NCBI GenBank assembly: GCA_000320545.1 | Contig: ADNK01000319.1 | Span: 1-36,449, forward strand | Reading direction: 5' to 3' | Length of the DNA: 36,449 nucleotides | Source of the DNA: Bigelowiella natans CCMP2755 | Lineage: Eukaryota > Protista > Cercozoa | Shown here: in pieces, positions 1 through 11,719 of the stretch | How positions within the stretch are numbered: position 1 is the first letter of the stretch | Layout: each line of letters starts with the position of its first letter | The notes under the pieces: model-generated | Databases searched by the model: none | What the model saw: the letters and a program-made list of their open reading frames with translations, nothing else | What the model was told of the DNA's origin: nothing | Translations under genes and position numbers: made by a program

Positions 1-198
1 TTCAGATTAGAAGGGAAGAAGTGCTATAAACATTTGATTCATGCAGCGATACGACAATGCGATCTTGCCATGACGCGAAAGCAGCATCACCCTTTTTCTG
101 TTCTCTGACTGTGTCTCACTCACACCCCCCTCTACCCCTCCCCCCACCGCTTGGCCGCGGCCTTTCCTTGCACTCACTCATTTTGGGACTGGACAAAG

Positions 199-649
199 GT
201 GTCAACATCTGGAGCTCGTTGTCGCGGCGCTCAAATCGAAGGTGATTGCGATTCGCGTTGTGCCCATCGTCGTTAGTACGTGTTGCCATCTCACTGATTC
301 GCGGCCATATATCCTCCATACATGCAGCACGCAGCGGTCTCGTCACAGCTAACGGCGGCCCTTGCACGTGAGCCGGCGCTAGTCGAAGAGGTAGTTGTCC
401 TTTTGCGCGTAACACGGAAGAAGAGAAAAACCGGAGGAGGAATCGAATGGCTGAGCTCATTATTTTCGGGTCCCTCCCCTTCATCTCCCTTTTGGCAATT
501 TTTGCCGCAGGTTAAGCGACTGCAGGGGACCCTTGACGAGAATGACGCAGAAAAACAGCGCTTGATCACAGAAAAGGTCAGGTTTGAGAGTGCATGGTGT
601 TTCTTCTTCCTGCGCTCCCTTCCTCTCTACGCTCGTCATCGTTTATATA

Positions 650-682
<33 letters not shown>

Positions 683-1449
683 GTATATATCTTACTCTTA
701 CTCTCTAACACTCTCCCCCTTGTTCCTCACTTTCTGCAGAATCAAGCACTGAGGAAGCTCGAGTTGTTTGATCAGGGCAAAACGGTTGACCTTGTGGAGA
801 CGCTCACGTCGCTAGCGGATGACGGTGAGGGGGGGGGGTGTAAGATTAGTGGGGATTACTATGGAACTGCTTTTGCTGCTGATAACAGCTGTATCTATTA
901 AGCGATAAAGTAAGCTGATGAAGGAAACATACTGAAATCTTCATACCTTTGTCGAAATTTTCTTGCTTGTTTTTGTAGCGAGAGGAGGGGAAGACCCTCT
1001 CCTCATCGGGACTTCGGTTCTTTCACCCAGCCGCGACGCCTATCCTCGAGGAGAACCCCTCGCGCCTTTAGACATTGAAGGTTTTGAAAGCGACGACGGA
1101 AACGTCGCAAAAAATCATCTCAACTTCAGTGCTGCTGCCGGGGGAAAGTGAGAACATATTTCGTCTTAGAAGGGAGAAGGGGGGAGCGGACACAACTGGA
1201 CAGTGCACAATGATGATTATGCTGGAATTACATGCTAATGCGCGTTTCTACGTACACACGCTCATCTTGAAAAGCTCAATATTTATTATACGTTTTCGTT
1301 GTAATTTTGACAAATACGAATTGGAATGATCATATTTAAATTTGCTTTACTCGTAATGCTACAGCGGTGCCGAAGACGATCTCCTTCGAGTCTCAGCGGA
1401 GGAGTACAAGCAAGTCATTAAGGAGCTTGGAGACGCTGGGCGTACATGA
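199..1449 (+). CDS. Coiled-coil protein of unknown function, 3' part (5' end upstream of the window or unresolved)
   Basis: Phase-consistent GT-AG exons 199-241, 328-390, 511-576, 740-824, 979-1147 and 1365-1449 give CQHLELVVAALKSK-HAAVSSQLTAALAREPALVEE-VKRLQGTLDENDAEKQRLITEK-NQALRKLELFDQGK...ELGDAGRT*. Heptad-like L/V/A spacing. Confidence 0.7.
644..680. repeat. (TA)n microsatellite, intronic
   Basis: Direct reading of the sequence. Confidence 0.9.
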
Positions 1450-3774
1450 GTTATTGCAGACACTTCATGCAAATCCATAGACACACATGTAGTATGTACA
1501 TCATTTAGCATGGATCACAATGTACACTTACACCTACACATTTGCATCTGTGCATGCATGGCAGCGTGCAGCTGGCCTAAACTAGTTGGCCTGCAATGTC
1601 CAGATGTGCATGAGGTCAGAGACGCAGGCGCCAGCGCACATGCTAGTCTCTACTTGGGTCATTGTTTGCATGTGCTGCATGGGGTTGAGATTGTCTAGCC
1701 TGCGCACAACGTGCTTTGACCTACCATTGCATGTTTCATGGAGCCCGAAACCAAATGAAAGCTTGTGCAACGTCGCAGATTTGTTCTCACATGTCCTGCC
1801 ACATTGCCCAGCTAGTCACGTTACACCTGGATGATGTGCACGCACAACAAACAAAAGTTCAACACATCGCCGCATGATTAGCTATACAGACGCTAAAATC
1901 CTTTGTGTGCCGTCTCAATGACATGTGATTCATGCATGATCGAAACGGATGCAATGAATCATCATTTTTTCACAATTGTCACCCTGATGTGGTTGCAATA
2001 CTGCGGCTATCTAGCTATTTGGCATCTCATATCTGTCGCATGGCGCTCATTATAGACATGTAATACCACATATACTATGTATACAACTTGAGCGCTGTAG
2101 CCGCTGCTCTGCATAGCTACATTCGGATAACCATTGAAAAATCTAAACATTTCATTACATCCGTCTCATACTATATATATGATATTACTGTGTCTATTAT
2201 ATGACATCACTGTGTCTGTTATACTCCATGCGACAAAAATCGATCAGAACGTAAGGGATCTATGTGTTCATGTTGATGGATCATCACCAACGTTTAACCA
2301 ATGCACTGCAATGCTTTGTCTCGTGCTTTAGCTAGGTTGCACTCTGCCAAGCGTGCATCAAAGAATATTCTCAGAGGACAGTCCGTGTCTGAAATCTGAG
2401 TCCTTACATAGAATTGGTTGTTCGGGAGAATGAGAGATCTGTCCTCATCGAATCCAATACATCATGATTAATGCGAAGTTACAATGTTTGCCCTTGATCC
2501 AACGAGCAGACGACCAGGAATACAAAGAGTAAAACTTTGTCTGCTTATAAACTCTTCATCTCAAGCTTGGGTAGTTTAAAAGGACACGATACAAAATTAT
2601 GGTGGATCGAACATGTGGCCACACTGTGTGTGTGGCTGAGGAGCTTGCTCTAAAGAACAGCTGTTATTCATTGAGATTATGAGAATCATTTTTTTTAGAA
2701 CAGACTCATTGAGAATCTCTTCTATTGAGAATCTCTTCTGTTGAGCTACCCATACTAAGAAACGAAAAGCTGCTCTTGTGCAAACTTCGCATAGCACATC
2801 AGAATAGGTTCCTCGGAAATTTAATCAGATCAATTGACCTCTTTCCTATATGCGACTGGATTCCACCCTGAACGTCTCAGGAACACCATTGGTCACAGGC
2901 ACGCGTTTTGGGTTGCCACGATGGATACGCGAACACACCTCAGTGTTGCTTTAGAACTTTTCGGGAACATCTTTGACTTCGAAGCGGTTTCGGGCGAGCT
3001 CTGGTCGAGTATGATGCCCTTTCGCCCGAAAAGCCATGCATTCGCCTCGGTTTCGGGAACCTCGAAAGCGGAGCCGTGCTGCTACGTCTGCGCGTTCCCG
3101 TGTGTTTCCATGCGAACAGTTCCCAGGACGGTAGTCAAGAACCAGTTGTCGCTCTCCATCTGAGAACAAACACGCATTGATTTTGTCCCTGCGACAAGTC
3201 TCAATTCGTGTCGTTGTCATCTACTTGTACATATTACAATCGAAGTGAGAGTACCGTAAGCTGCGTTCAGTGTTCAATGTGTTCATTTTGTTGTGTCATG
3301 TCGGGGTACGTCTGAACGCGAACAGACATCGAGGGTATTTCCGGGCCATAGATCTGCGGTCTTCGATGTCGCACTTGGAAGATGCCCTACGCATTGTTTG
3401 TCAGTAATCGACTACCTCTCCCTGTTTTCTTCTTGTGGGGTAGTAGTCGGGGCTGGGACGGTACACCGTTCTGCCCATAGACTAGCCCATAGATGTCGAA
3501 TAGCGGGGGCAAGCACGGCGGGGCGTTCTGTGAGCCTGTCGGATGCCTTAAAGGGCATCCATTTCTTCGCCTTTCGGATGCACGGCTTGTACCCAATGCC
3601 CAGCACGCGCTCTGGATCTTTGATTCAAAGAACCGCTTGTGGCAAAATGTGTTCCAAAAGATTCGCTTGCTTCGGTAGTTGTGTGCAGGATCTCCCCGAC
3701 CGGTTTTCGGGCCTCGCACAATCCAAATCCCAAACCTACTCGTTCCACTTCCACTAAAGTTGAAATCTTTGATC

Positions 3775-5290
3775 ATGTCGCTCCCATTGTCCCTTTTTGC
3801 AGTAGTTACTCTGTTATCGAGCCCTGCATTTGCCAATTGGCACGCTGTTGAGCATGGAAGTCTTATGCAGACCTCTTCTCCGAGTTGTCCACTTTCAGAC
3901 AGTCTCATCGCCCATAAGAGCAGCCACCCCAAGGAATTTTTACATGGGAAGGCTGCAATTGTTGGCACAGAAGTGGAAGCAATGGAAGAAGAACTCAAAA
4001 AGAGCTTTCCTGTCGAGTTTGGAGATTTTGCATCCATGAACCAAAGCAATTTTGCTGCTGCAACAGGTTGTGCCAATTGCTGCCCATCTAGTCAAAGCTT
4101 CCTTGAATTGGAAGAGGCTAAGGCCTCAACGATCTCGTGTTACAAAGAGAAAAGAGCTTATTACAAATTTCGTAAGGGCATTTACGTTAAGGACGTTCAT
4201 CTATCTGCAGGCAGTAAGCACACAGAGGTATGTCCATTGTCAAGTTAGTTACATGAAGTGTATAACTCTCTCTTTTGCATCATCAGATATATGTGAGCCG
4301 TTATTCGCACGGTTCACATTGGATCAAAGTGGTGTGTAAGGGACACTTATGCTATCATGCAAAAACGTTCCACATTTGGAAAAAGGACATTAAACGACTT
4401 TACATTCGTTCGTGGGCCCAAAACTGCGCTCGCGTCTTAAAAATCACCGTATTTGATTGTCCCAAGCCTTGCCCAGGATGCACTAAGATCACTGAGCACA
4501 CGCATCTCGATTTTTCGGATGCGAGGTCTGACGGAAAGTCGGTTGTCGTTACCGATGCCACCGATATCTTTCCAGCTGTTTCGACCAACCCTATCAAACT
4601 CACTGACACCGAAGTGCTAGTAAAGGGTGTACGAAATGGACAAACAAACAGCTTGAACAATGCAGTGGTCAGCTTGATAAGAGATGGAATTAGGCCTGAT
4701 AGCGACCTAAGAGATGCAGTGGATGAAGAGGGCAATTCACTTGAGGGCACTTACATTGTCACTGTACGTGACAGCGACAACGGGAAAGACGAACCGAATG
4801 CATTGTCTAATGATCCTAAATCAAGTATGACCTTCTGAGAGGGATTTAAATCATAGATTTTAACTGACTTTAGAATTAAAAGTGTCTGACGCCTTGTGTA
4901 TATGTGTGTGCGTGCTTGTGTGTGCAGCTGATTGGAGGTTTGGAGGAACGGTTACGTTCAAGTTTCCCTGTGCCGTTAGCATTGAATCCATTCAGATAGT
5001 TGACATCGACCCAGATGAGGATGAATTTGCAAATGTAACTAGGCTATTTCTTCATAGACATAAACATATTATGGTAACAGTTTACTTTTGTTTGCCCTTA
5101 GATTGAATTCTTTGGCGCTTCAGTTCAGACCATGAGCACTAGAATTCCAGGATTTAGGGTTGGAAACATGATGGCGAAAACATTTGAATTTGGGGCTACA
5201 AATATAGATAAACTTAAGGTCACATTCTCTAGTTCAGGTGCGGTAGGGAAGATCAAAATCGGCTGCGCTTGTCCAAATAAAAACAAATGA
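3775..5290 (+). CDS. Secreted Cys-containing protein with a C-terminal beta-rich domain
   Basis: ATG 3775 starts the signal peptide MSLPLSLFAVVTLLSSPAFA. Exons 3775-4227, 4287-4824, 4928-5034 and 5102-5290 join in phase across GT-AG introns and end ...FSSSGAVGKIKIGCACPNKNK*. Confidence 0.75.
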
Positions 5291-6098
5291 AGTTTTATGT
5301 GAAGCCATCTGGATGAACTTTCTGTGGGTCAGAACAGGACATTGTGTCCAAAGACGAGTCACTGAATCCATCTTGTCTAAGAGTTGCAAGCTGGGCAAGA
5401 ATCTGTTGAGTTTTCAGAACTTCTGCTTCAGAAAATGACCTATAAATTACTTGTAACTCGCAATCATAGTTGTAACTCTGGCCGAACAATTGACATTTAA
5501 ACAACATGTTGAAATTGACAAATGTGTCCATTCAGTGCATGTTGTCAACTTCACAGTACAGAGTAGCAAAAAACTTCTTTTGCAAAACTGAATCGAACTC
5601 TTGCATAAAAATATAACGATGATTCCATTGGTTGTTTACATGATTGAGCGCAAGATTTACCCAGTTTGCTGCTCTCTAGCTCTGACGCTCTGATCCCCAA
5701 CACCATCTTGTTTGTTGCGCCCCACACAATCACCTCACACGCTAGCACGCCACCTCGTTTTTATGATTCCGGCTTCTTTTTCTCCAAATCTAGCTAGCTA
5801 GACATGCTAGCATGCTCCAAGTGCACGCGGGTTTCCTGCGAATCTAGGAATTGCTATGCGTTTTTTACTCCGAAGTCGACCCAATACCATCCCAAACTCT
5901 CAACATGCTCTATCTCCACAAACAAATGATGACATTGGAGCAGCTTCCGATTAGTTTCATTGCGTGCATTCATGCCATGATAGTGTTGTCTCAGGCAGTA
6001 AAATGCATGCCTTGCAATTGCACATGCGTGTGTAGCAACATGATGCCAACTAGTGGCGCAGTGCAAATTGTGCTGTGCAGCATGATAAGTTTTGGCTG

Positions 6099-7947
6099 TT
6101 ACAAATAATTTATTGATGGTGTGCCATGAAGCTCCCCTTCTTTGAGCTCTGCATCGTCACGATGTCGGGGTGGGATAGAGATGACAATAGTGCTGTCATC
6201 AGATGAGCTCTCGCTAATGCAATCTGAATAACACTGCTCTGTGATCCTTGAGGTCGAGTTTGCAGTACTTTTTTGTTCCGTAAATTTATAGCCTTCGAGG
6301 TTCCATTTAACAATGTAATCAGTGAAACTCTTCAATTTTTTGGTATATTCAGGTTTGTTCACGGGAAAGAAGTCGTGTTTCGCCCCCTAAGGACATGTAT
6401 GCTATCATTTCGGGAGGGATGACAACGGCTTACATTTCATACGTTTACAATATACGGTTGGTAAAGATTCGCGCGTAGGGCGTCCATCATGTGCTCAGCG
6501 TGTTCGAAAGGAATTATCTGAAAAACATGGTTTTTGAACATCGACCCACAGCAAACTCAAATAATCCCTCCAGATAATATCTTTGCGATTTCATTGGATA
6601 TCACAATAACCTCATCACTTTTTGAATGCATGACGTAGACCGGACACCGTATTTGTCCTGCAGCATTCAGGTTGTCGAATAAATCGCAAAACTCTGAGCA
6701 TCTTGGGATACAGCAAGGACAAGAACCTTTAGAGAGAACATTTATATTTCACCATTACCATTCTGATTCAACATTTTTTAGCAACATATTAGACCTTTGC
6801 AGCCAAAGTGACTGGACAATACCCTGCATATGGAGGTAAATCCGGACTGAAGAACCACACCACCAACTAAAACCTAATATTCATAAAAATATCTCATCCT
6901 TGTTTACTACAATCATGAATACCCAGACCTGTGACGCGAGCCATAACGTTGGGCCAGTCCCCAAAGACATACCATACAAAATTATTGTTTTTGGATCCAC
7001 CTTTTTTTCCTATATATTTTTGTTCAATTTTCCATTGCATGCGAGTAGAAACAGGTTGCAAAACTTCTATCACCTCCGTCAGATAATTGTAGGTAGCTCG
7101 TATTGCATCAAACACTCTGTTCTGCGTTGGAATACCAGGGGCCTTTCCGTAACCAGGCCACTCGTACATGTAGCTGACATAAAGAAGGTCCTAATGTTCG
7201 AATCTATATTAGTTTAGGTCCGTCAGTTATTCACCAATTCGCGTCCAGTTCCCAGGCTAACTTCTGCAAACGCCATCGGGGAGAATACAAGGTCAAATCC
7301 TCGCGTCGTCCATGGCTGTAGATAATGTGAAATTTGGCATGCTTGGGATCACCACCAAACCCTAAAGGCCTAGATTATGGAAGTAAATCATTTTGCAGGT
7401 TATCATATGAATCTTCATAATTTAATTGAAATACATAATGTAGTGTAGACGATATAACCTATCCCAGGAGCTATGATCATTTGGGAGATTTGTATAATAC
7501 GGCTTCCCATTGACCCATCGCCGAACAAACTTGACAGGCTTTGAAAGAAAAATAGGAGTTATTTTGTAAAATGAATCTGTATTTAGATGCTGGGATAAGA
7601 CTTACCCGCCATTCCCAGATGTGGAATATGTGCCCTCCAGGAGTTTTTCTCTCCAAAACTATTGTGTTTTGAAAATGAATCTTGGACATTACGAATAGAA
7701 ATGAAGTTTCTTCTAACCTTTACTATGATCACAATCATAGTCCTCAGGAAGTTTGGGCAGTTCTCTCTTGTAACAACAAAGACAGGCTATCCATAACCGG
7801 ATGTTTATATTTTAGCCACAGTTATTCAAACACAATACACAGAACAAATTTACACTGACCAAAAGTACAGTCGAGGCATTGACCAAAAGGATAACAGCAG
7901 CGATGATATGGAGGATCAAATACGCAAGCTTGGATGGCAATTCCCAT
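6099..7947 (-). CDS. ABHD17-like alpha/beta hydrolase (putative protein depalmitoylase) with an inserted WW-like module
   Basis: About 11 short phase-consistent exons. N-terminus MGIAIQACVFDPP with a Cys cluster; HIIYSHGRREDL (ABHD17 LFSHGNAVDL); YEWPGYG; nucleophile elbow IILYGMSLGTGP; VVLQSGF; CPVYVMHSKSDEIIPFEH (catalytic Asp); GAKHD (catalytic His). Confidence 0.88.
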
Positions 7948-8099
7948 CACCGTGGTAGCAGTGTAGCAGTTACTAAAGTGGGTTTGTTCTTGTGCCCATT
8001 TACCTGTAAATAAGATGCAAGAGAATTATGTGTTAAAGCACTCGTTAAAGACGTGTGGCTACATGTCCATTCTCAATTCTCATGATCTTATGATGAATT

Positions 8100-9470
8100 G
8101 AGAAAAGTTCGTGGCAAAGTGCGAACATTACTGAGTAGTTGCACAATAGTCATATTCCATAAGCTTACAAAGCAGTCATGCCGAGGTCAGCTGAAGGCCG
8201 TTGGTCTACACCAACGGCTCCATGCACCAGGAGCAAATTTCCACAATCCATTTCAAAGATGCATAACAACGGCCAATTCACTTGTGCGTCAAGGATCACG
8301 CCATGTCGTCGTACATTTTTCAACGGGCACTTTTGCGATGCGCCTGCCTCTGCTCAACCTGGGGCGGCACAAAATTTTGCGGAAAAGGATCCTTGTCGAA
8401 GATCGAAAAATTAATTTCTGGACAAATTACCGGTAGTGGCTTCATCGCACCGTCTGCGACAAGGGATTTTTGTCATGCGAGTCAAATTTTCCAGAGTCGC
8501 AGAACAAATCTTTTGTGCACTTTTGCAAAAGGCTTTCGTTCTCCTTTGCAATGATTGTCGCAAGGGCCTTTTAGCTTCCATCTGTGTAGCTTTTTCAAGG
8601 ACTTTGGGAAAAGTCCCACAATTGTGGTGTGCAGTGCACAGTTTGCACACGCACCGCATCCATCTGTGTGAAGCATGTGCCGCGCATGTGCAAAGTCCGC
8701 CAGGCATCGGTGTAGTCCATGGCAACGTTTTTGTGTTGACAATCACATGGCTAGATGGATGGGGAGGACAAATTGCTGCGAGGAAGAGAAACGTTTTGGC
8801 TCACAAAAAGTGCAATTTCCGTGTGCTTGTTGGCGTTGGCTTTGGCTTTGGCTTTCAGAACACTCAGGATGTTTGCAACCACAATTCAGTGGGGAGGGAA
8901 GCTTTCAGATTGTGGACTCAACCAATGCATCCGACGACACTTTCAGTTGCAAGTGCACCTCAAAAAAGCCAGCAAATTCCAGAATTCCCAAAATGCTCCA
9001 AGCATTGTTCAATTTTTTGTGGAACGTTTCAAGCAATGATCAGCCTGTGCAAGCCCTTGAAATGAAATCATTCACTGTGAGTTCTTTTGTTCCATGAAAC
9101 CCCATTCGCGCGCACAACTCTAGCATCAAGTGCCTGCGAATGCTCGAGCTTCGATCATGCAATCTGGGCTTTGTGTGTGCTGCACACACATGCTGGCATG
9201 CTGTGAATCGAATTCTGCGATGCACGCTAGCACGTGCATCAAACGGATCACCATGCTCCCCGCGTTGGTTCTAATGCAATGACGTGAGACACTTGGCTTG
9301 TTCACTTGAAGATTGCAATTTAGTTGTGCCATGGCGAAGCGGATCCGTTGCGCTTGAGAAATTGAATTTTTGCCAATGCACCGCGGCCAAAACCATGTCT
9401 TTGAAAGTGATTCAAGCTTTCATTGTACAACCGGGCAAGCGGTACCTAATGCCGCCGCTACCTCATCTTT
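8100..9470 (-). mobile_element. Degenerate DDE-type (MULE/ISL3-like) transposase relic, hypermutated
   Basis: The minus strand reads GIRYRLPG...ATDPLRHGTTKL...LELCARMGFHGTKELTVNDFISRACTG*SLLETFHKKLNN. This resembles, from memory, the RGTSxLExFHxxLN C-terminal catalytic-Glu motif of such transposases. In-frame stops and frame changes; no terminal repeats recognised. Confidence 0.45.
8461..9420. other. TpA-depleted tract
   Basis: Manual count: 8 TA dinucleotides in 960 bp, all in CTA or TAG context, and none between 8754 and 9120. Confidence 0.9.
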
Positions 9471-10145
9471 CCTAGCTTTTGCAGCTTAAGATGCTGCCTC
9501 TTGATTGTTATTCTTCGCAGATTCTACCGTGTTCCCATCTTTTGCATCCCCCCCGTGGACTCGGGTTGAGGTGGGAGTAGAAGCGTACTACATCGGATGA
9601 AGAATCAGAATACAGTCAGAGTCGGGATGTATGCGTCACATTTCATATAAGATTATAACCTGCTTCAATACAGGACGGGGGCTTTGAGGCGACTTAAGGG
9701 GAAGAGATTTGCCGAAATGGTTCCCATGAGAACTACTTCTACGTCTTCCACTAAAAGGAAAAGACTGATTTGTACTAAGTGGAGAAGGTATCACTGAGAT
9801 CCTACAGGATTGGGGAGGGGAAGATAAACGTATCCTTGGAATAAGTTGTTGCGTATAAGGTAGCTCATGATAATAGTAAAATTCTAGATGGAAAGTTTTT
9901 AGACAATTTAATATCCCATGAGCATAACTCATTCGCCATGAACTACAAAAGCTCTCTCATCGCAAGTTAGCAAAGATCTGACCTTTTCGGTGTGGAGACC
10001 TTAGAAGACGGTTGACGTTCCGGGCTTCTGGATGAACTACATTAATATACAAAAACATGTTATCGAATCCGTGCATGTATTAATAAATTCGGAGCGTTGG
10101 GTTCATTATTGCACGGGTTTCGGAAAAGAAGAAGGTTATGCGTCC

Positions 10146-11272
10146 TTACTCTTTTTTCCGTAAATTAGGAGAATTCGCGTGCACGAACTCTTTGATCTTT
10201 GACGACAGCGACCTTTGGAACCCACACACACATACAATTAAATATAAACGTATAGATAATTACATATTAGCGGTTTTGTTAATCAGTATCACCCTGGAAG
10301 ATCCCTGACATGGTTCTTAAACATCGCCTTTGCTTTACTTTCAGTCGTACCGAGGTAGAAGGAATTTATGTACGACTTTTCGATTACATCCGGATCAACC
10401 TAACAAATCACTTCATCATCAATACAAAAAAAAACAAATGACACACATCCACATCCACTAACCCATCCCCGAACCCCCTCCCACTCTATCTTCATTTCAA
10501 ATATGTATACATTGTGTTCGATGGTAAAATGCATATATTCTGCGCGCGCGCTTGCGCGCTTTGGATTGGTGTAGCGCATCCTCACCTGCCCCGCAAAGAT
10601 GAGCTGTGAGATATGGATTAGATGTTCGTTAGACCGCCTCAACACCGTAAACGCCTGTGTTTTATTCCAGATATATGAAAACGAAGAGGAAAGTGACAAA
10701 CAATACGCAATATGCCTCCCCTCTCCCACAGAGTTATCCCCGCAAAGCTTTTATCACGGCAATACTGCTAAAATCTCCCTCTCACAAGGTTATCATTTGT
10801 GCGCGCAGTGTTTCCCCCACACCTCAACGCATTGGTCGAGGAACTTGTCCCAGTAGCGCATATTTAATAAGAGCTTGTGAAGACCTGCGGTGGAACGATT
10901 TTAGGGAATGGTGCGTGATACAGTGACGCACGATGATTGATGATTAGATTGTAGAATGTTATTTATGCATGATGAAAATCTCATACCCTTTGGTATCACC
11001 ATGGAGGGTGCGTCGACCACCTGTAAGCGACATTCAACGTCATTTATCTTGTTTCCTCTCATCCATCTCCTCCTCCTTCTCCTTCTTCTTCTACTACTAC
11101 TACTACTATCGCACACGGGTAACCTTCGTTTGTAGGTTGAAGCAGTGCTTGAAATCTATATGGTAAAATTTATATCCCTCGGATATAAGGATGTTGTCGC
11201 TATGTCTGTGTGTGAATAGCAGGAGTTGTCAGAGAGGATGAAAACGATATACACACACATATATACAAACAA

Positions 11273-11310
<38 letters not shown>

Positions 11311-11661
11311 CGGTATATCTGACGCCAAAAAGCTTGGACCCACAGCCCTTATATTTTCACACCATCTCTCGTCCATCCATCGTTCGAGAGTGGGAATGGG
11401 GAAGGCTGAGGAAAGAGGAAGATCGATATAGAATAAGAGTACCGATCTCGCAAGCCTAAGACGTGCCCTGCCACGAGTCCACCCACCACTGTTTTGAGGA
11501 ACTTTGTCACCTGAACGAAATTAATGACCGTTCACCATCCATCCATCATTTCCCAAGTCGTTTTATTCAATTTGGAATTCGTTTTGCTACGAATTACAAT
11601 TCCGTGGAAGGAACAAGTCAACAAATGTGCCGCATGTAGAGGACGCTAAAGTTTAAGTTAC

Positions 11662-11719
<58 letters not shown>

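Noticed and set aside
2708-2746. 16-bp tandem repeat (attgagaatctcttct x2) as CRISPR-like or a TE end
   Set aside because: Only two adjacent copies with no spacers; a simple local duplication. No CRISPR array, tRNA or rRNA gene was recognised anywhere in the window.
3387-4076. 229-aa minus-strand ORF
   Set aside because: Partly the antisense shadow of the secreted-protein exon; no recognisable motif.
5295-5531. 78-aa minus-strand ORF as an extra last exon of the hydrolase
   Set aside because: The hydrolase frame already ends at 6099, and no supporting donor or homology was found.
8461-9420. Methyl-CpG deamination or classical RIP as the cause of the TG/CA excess
   Set aside because: CpG is largely retained and TpA is depleted; RIP would increase TpA. 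A minor CpG-decay contribution (some TGA stops) is not excluded.
8098-9475. Cluster of overlapping 60-209 aa ORFs on both strands as real genes
   Set aside because: They arise because TAA/TAG stops are scarce after TpA loss. They are Cys/His-rich, mostly Tyr-free and carry no recognisable domain.
9811-9825. WGGED, the GT7 galactosyltransferase motif
   Set aside because: Lies in a short frame bounded by stops, with no other GT7 motifs.
10586-10603. LIFAGQ resembling ubiquitin LIFAGKQ
   Set aside because: It is the end of a PI3K C-lobe exon (AFTVLRRSNEHLIHISQLIFAGQ).
10727-10766. Possible exon YCRDKSFAGITL (GH18-like)
   Set aside because: It breaks the frame; the flanking exons join directly as QCVE-AFTVLRR, matching PI3K.
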